Assembly (NCBI GenBank): GCA_035248345.1
Contig: DATFHO010000045.1
Span: forward strand, 53,398-117,397
Length of the DNA: 64,000 nucleotides
Source of the DNA: Candidatus Limnocylindrales bacterium
GTDB lineage: Bacteria > Chloroflexota > Limnocylindria > Limnocylindrales > CSP1-4
Direction of reading: 5' to 3'
Shown one piece after another: positions 61,746-64,000 of this stretch; positions within the stretch are counted from its first letter, which is position 1, and the number at the start of each line of letters is the position of its first letter. Position numbers and translations under genes: made by a program. The notes under the pieces are model-generated. The model had not been told where the DNA came from and did not search any database. It saw nothing but the letters and a program-made list of their open reading frames with translations.

Positions 61746-62033
61746 ATGGCGTACGTGATCGCCGAGCCGTGCATTGACGTGCTGGACGTGTCGTGCGTCT
61801 CCGTCTGCCCGGTGGACTGCATCCACTACGAGGAAGGCGTCGACCGCAAGCTCTTCATCGACCCGAACGAGTGCATCGACTGCGGCGCCTGCGAGCCGGA
61901 GTGCCCGGTGAACGCGATCTTCCCCGAGGACCAGCTGCCGACCGAATGGTCGAGCTACACCGCCATCGACGCGACCTGGTTCGCGAACCGCGACGAGGCC
62001 CGCGCCGCCGTGGACGCCGCGAAACCTCGCTGA
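61746..62033 (+). CDS. fdxA: 7Fe-type ferredoxin ([3Fe-4S][4Fe-4S], FdxA-like)
   Basis: Internal ATG at 61746 with GAAGGAGAG upstream. MAYVIAEPCIDVLDVSCVSVCPVDCIH...CIDCGACEPECPVNAI. Confidence 0.9.
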   Translation: MAYVIAEPCIDVLDVSCVSVCPVDCIHYEEGVDRKLFIDPNECIDCGACEPECPVNAIFPEDQLPTEWSSYTAIDATWFANRDEARAAVDAAKPR

Positions 62034-62111
62034 CGCTCGCCTGAGGCAGGCGGCTTCGCCCGCCTGGAGGCTCGCTGGGCCGCGAACGGCCCGTGGCATA
62101 CTCCGCGCCCC

Positions 62112-62972
62112 ATGTCATCGCTTGCCGGGCGCACGATCGCAACGGTTGGCTCCGGGGTCATGGCCGAGGCGATCGTCGCCGGCCTCCTCCGGGGCAATCT
62201 CGTCGCGCCCGACCACGTCGTCGCGTCGCACCCGCGCGCCGACCGGCGCGAGGCGCTGGAGCGGGCGCACGGGATCCGGACGGTCGATTCGAATGCGGCG
62301 GCCGTCGCCGGCGCTGACATCGTCCTGCTGGGCATCAAGCCGCAGATGCTCGCGCGCGTGGGCCGCGAGCTGCGCGGTGTGCTGCGGCCGGGGCAGCTCG
62401 TGATCTCGGTGCTGGCGGGCGCCACGTCGAAGGCGCTGTCCGGGCATCTCGGGCATGGCGAGGTCGTCCGCGCGATGCCCAACACGCCCGCGCAGCTCGG
62501 CAAGGGCGTCACGGTCTGGTACGCGACGCCCGACGTCTCCGCCGAACAGCGCGAATGGGCCGCGACCATGCTGTCGGCGCTCGGAACGCAGATCGCCGTC
62601 GATGACGAGAAGCTCGTGGCGATGGCCACGGCCGTCTCCGGCACCGGCCCGACCTATGTCTTCCTGGTGATGGAGGCGCTGATCGACGCGGCGGTGCACC
62701 TCGGGTTCGCGCGCCACGTCGCGCATGACATCGTGATCGAGACCCTGGAGGGCTCGACCCTCTTCGCGAAGCAGTCCGGCATGCACCCGGCGCAGCTCCG
62801 GAACATGGTCACTTCACCTGGCGGCACCTCGGCGGCCGCGCTCCACGAACTCGAGTCCGGACGGCTCCGGACGGTGTTGAGCGAGGCGGTCTGGGCGGCA
62901 TTCCGGCGGACGGTCGAGCTGGGCGAGCAGCTCGAGGCCGGCGTCCCCGAGGCGGGCGTCCCCGAGGACTGA
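62112..62972 (+). CDS. proC: pyrroline-5-carboxylate reductase
   Basis: 286 aa. Contains TIATVGSGVMAEAI, VLLGIKPQ, MPNTPAQLGKG and SPGGTSAAAL. Confidence 0.9.
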   Translation: MSSLAGRTIATVGSGVMAEAIVAGLLRGNLVAPDHVVASHPRADRREALERAHGIRTVDSNAAAVAGADIVLLGIKPQMLARVGRELRGVLRPGQLVISVLAGATSKALSGHLGHGEVVRAMPNTPAQLGKGVTVWYATPDVSAEQREWAATMLSALGTQIAVDDEKLVAMATAVSGTGPTYVFLVMEALIDAAVHLGFARHVAHDIVIETLEGSTLFAKQSGMHPAQLRNMVTSPGGTSAAALHELESGRLRTVLSEAVWAAFRRTVELGEQLEAGVPEAGVPED

Positions 62973-63010
62973 CCCTCCGCAGTTGGGTCGGTTCCCGCGC
63001 TACGGGCCTC

Positions 63011-63185
63011 GATGTTCACCCAGTGATCTTTTCCGGGTCATCGACGGGGATAACGCACCGGCGGAGGCTCGGAATGCCGCTGCGTGCGTCATCTGGGCGT
63101 CGAGCGCGGTCAGGCCACGCGTCGCTCCTTCGGTTCAGGCCGTTGAGCGCCGCGTACGCCGCAGAACGATCAATGCGTGAACATC
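63011..63185. repeat. inverted-repeat-bounded element of about 175 bp (copy B of the element at 6054-6241)
   Basis: Left arm GATGTTCACCCAGTGATC (63011-28). The reverse complement of the right arm (63168-85) is GATGTTCACGCATTGATC, matching 16/18. The left arm matches copy A's left arm at 15/18. It also sits between convergent gene ends. Confidence 0.55.
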
Positions 63186-63216
63186 GGCCGGCCGGACCCG
63201 GCCGAGCCCCCAGCCT

Positions 63217-63723
63217 TCAGGCCGCGCCGCCCACCGAATCCCGCAGCTGCGAGACGTGGCCCTCGAGGTGGCTGACGATCAGGCGCTCGGCGATCTCCCG
63301 CACAGAAAGGTCGCCGCGCGTGACGTGGCGCCCAAGCGTGGCCGCGTCGTCCTCGTTGAGCGCTCGGAAGCGGCGCGACACCCGCCGCCCCTCTGCCTCG
63401 ACGCGACCCAGCAGCTCGCGGGCCGGGAACTGCCGGTCCCGCGTGATGATGGCCACGCGCAGGTCGTCCGCCTCGAGCCGCCCGAACGCGAGCGGCTCGC
63501 CGCCGCTGCCCGCATCGAGGATCAGCTCGATCTCGCCGAGCCAGAACGGGAACATCTCGGCAACGTGCGCGAGCACTTCGCGGGGCCCCCACGAGGATTC
63601 GGGACCGGGCGCAACCTGACCATCGATGCCCCATGGCTCGCCGGCGGCGAGCTGCGGCCCGAGCTCCAGCATGGCTTCGAGGCCCGCGTCGATTCGATCG
63701 GCAAGGTCGTTCATGGCAGTCAT
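63217..63723 (-). CDS. DinB-family protein
   Basis: Internal ATG at 63723 of ORF 63217..63978. Contains REVLAHVAEMFPFWLGE and SHLEGHVSQL (DinB-type His-containing helices). Confidence 0.6.
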   Translation of the reverse strand: MTAMNDLADRIDAGLEAMLELGPQLAAGEPWGIDGQVAPGPESSWGPREVLAHVAEMFPFWLGEIELILDAGSGGEPLAFGRLEADDLRVAIITRDRQFPARELLGRVEAEGRRVSRRFRALNEDDAATLGRHVTRGDLSVREIAERLIVSHLEGHVSQLRDSVGGAA

Positions 63724-63855
63724 GGGCCGGAGTGTGGCACGGCCGCTCGAGAGGCCACGGCGTCTGTCGCTGCTGCAACACCTCGGGACTACCATGGCCG
63801 CAATCTCTCGAACGGGGCCGATCGGTCCCGCCCGCAGCACAGGAGCGGCCGTTCG

Positions 63856-64000
63856 ATGACCGACACGATCGCCCGCGACACCGTCGCGCAGGGCGCTGCC
63901 AACCAGTCCGGGGCACACGTCAACAAGGACGCCTACAAGGAAGCCAAGGATTTCCTGCCCCTCAATGGCGTCGACCACGTCGAGTTCTGGGTCGGGAACG
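63856..64000 (+). CDS. hppD: 4-hydroxyphenylpyruvate dioxygenase, N-terminal fragment (runs off the right edge)
   Basis: My translation from ATG 63856 (AGGAGC 10 nt upstream): MTDTIARDTVAQGAANQSGAHVNKDAYKEAKDFLPLNGVDHVEFWVGN. The GVDHVEFWVGN block matches the first VOC module of HppD enzymes. Only 48 codons are visible. Confidence 0.5.
   Translation, partial: MTDTIARDTVAQGAANQSGAHVNKDAYKEAKDFLPLNGVDHVEFWVGN

Noticed and set aside
62983-63180. 65-aa ORF inside repeat copy B
   Set aside because: It is Arg/Ala-rich with no start context, and it lies wholly within the inverted-repeat element between convergent genes.
1-64000. Search by eye for CRISPR arrays, rRNA genes, reverse transcriptase, integrase, phage or defence-system signatures
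   Set aside because: I found no regularly spaced direct repeats, rRNA-like conserved blocks, or RT, integrase, nuclease or defence hallmark motifs in any credible ORF. The only mobile-element signal is the edge IS1595 transposase.

Overview
This is a 64-kb window of a very GC-rich (about 70%), gene-dense chromosome from a high-GC lineage (Actinomycetota- or Chloroflexota-like; the taxon cannot be fixed from sequence alone). I support about 65 protein genes and two tRNAs (Lys-UUU and initiator Met-CAU). I found no rRNA and no CRISPR array. Many neighbouring genes are translationally coupled through ATGA/GTGA/TTGA start-stop overlaps.

The left edge carries the 5' part of an IS1595-family transposase. 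That ORF is absent from the supplied track because it runs off the window. Ordinary content includes:
- YbaK deacylase, HAD phosphatase, thiamine pyrophosphokinase, Bcp and a PIG-L deacetylase.
- Aminotransferases and a 2-hydroxyacid dehydrogenase.
- A peptide-uptake and peptidase block: Opp-type ABC importer, sarcosine-oxidase-like flavoenzyme, CocE/NonD hydrolase and S9 peptidase.
- A MarR regulator with a heterodimeric ABC exporter, ArsR with a VOC protein, and a GAF histidine kinase with its response regulator.
- A polyamine-type ABC importer, FdxA, ProC and the start of HppD.

The most unusual content is respiratory:
1. A tightly coupled six-gene operon (7482-13983) places a soluble GltD-like NAD(P)H flavoprotein with two extra [4Fe-4S] motifs in front of a split b6-type cytochrome b, subunit IV, a Rieske protein, a cytochrome c-cupredoxin fusion and a membrane-anchored Kelch propeller.
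2. The aa3 oxidase operon (54567 down to 47448) encodes a subunit II that carries an extra C-terminal type-1 copper domain. It also encodes a six-helix membrane protein with a duplicated HMPGxS module and a third copy of the same cupredoxin, then a TlpA-like thioredoxin and an ABC-2 exporter.
3. The three cupredoxin modules are clear paralogues. This suggests a hard-wired blue-copper relay between the bc-type complex and the oxidase.

Other findings are two copies of an inverted-repeat-bounded element of about 180 bp in convergent intergenic regions, a coupled micro-ORF pair upstream of tRNA-fMet, and several candidate promoters and operators. The many long Arg/Ala/Gly/Pro-rich ORFs on opposite strands are GC-driven artefacts. 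All family assignments come from motif recognition by eye; no searches were run.
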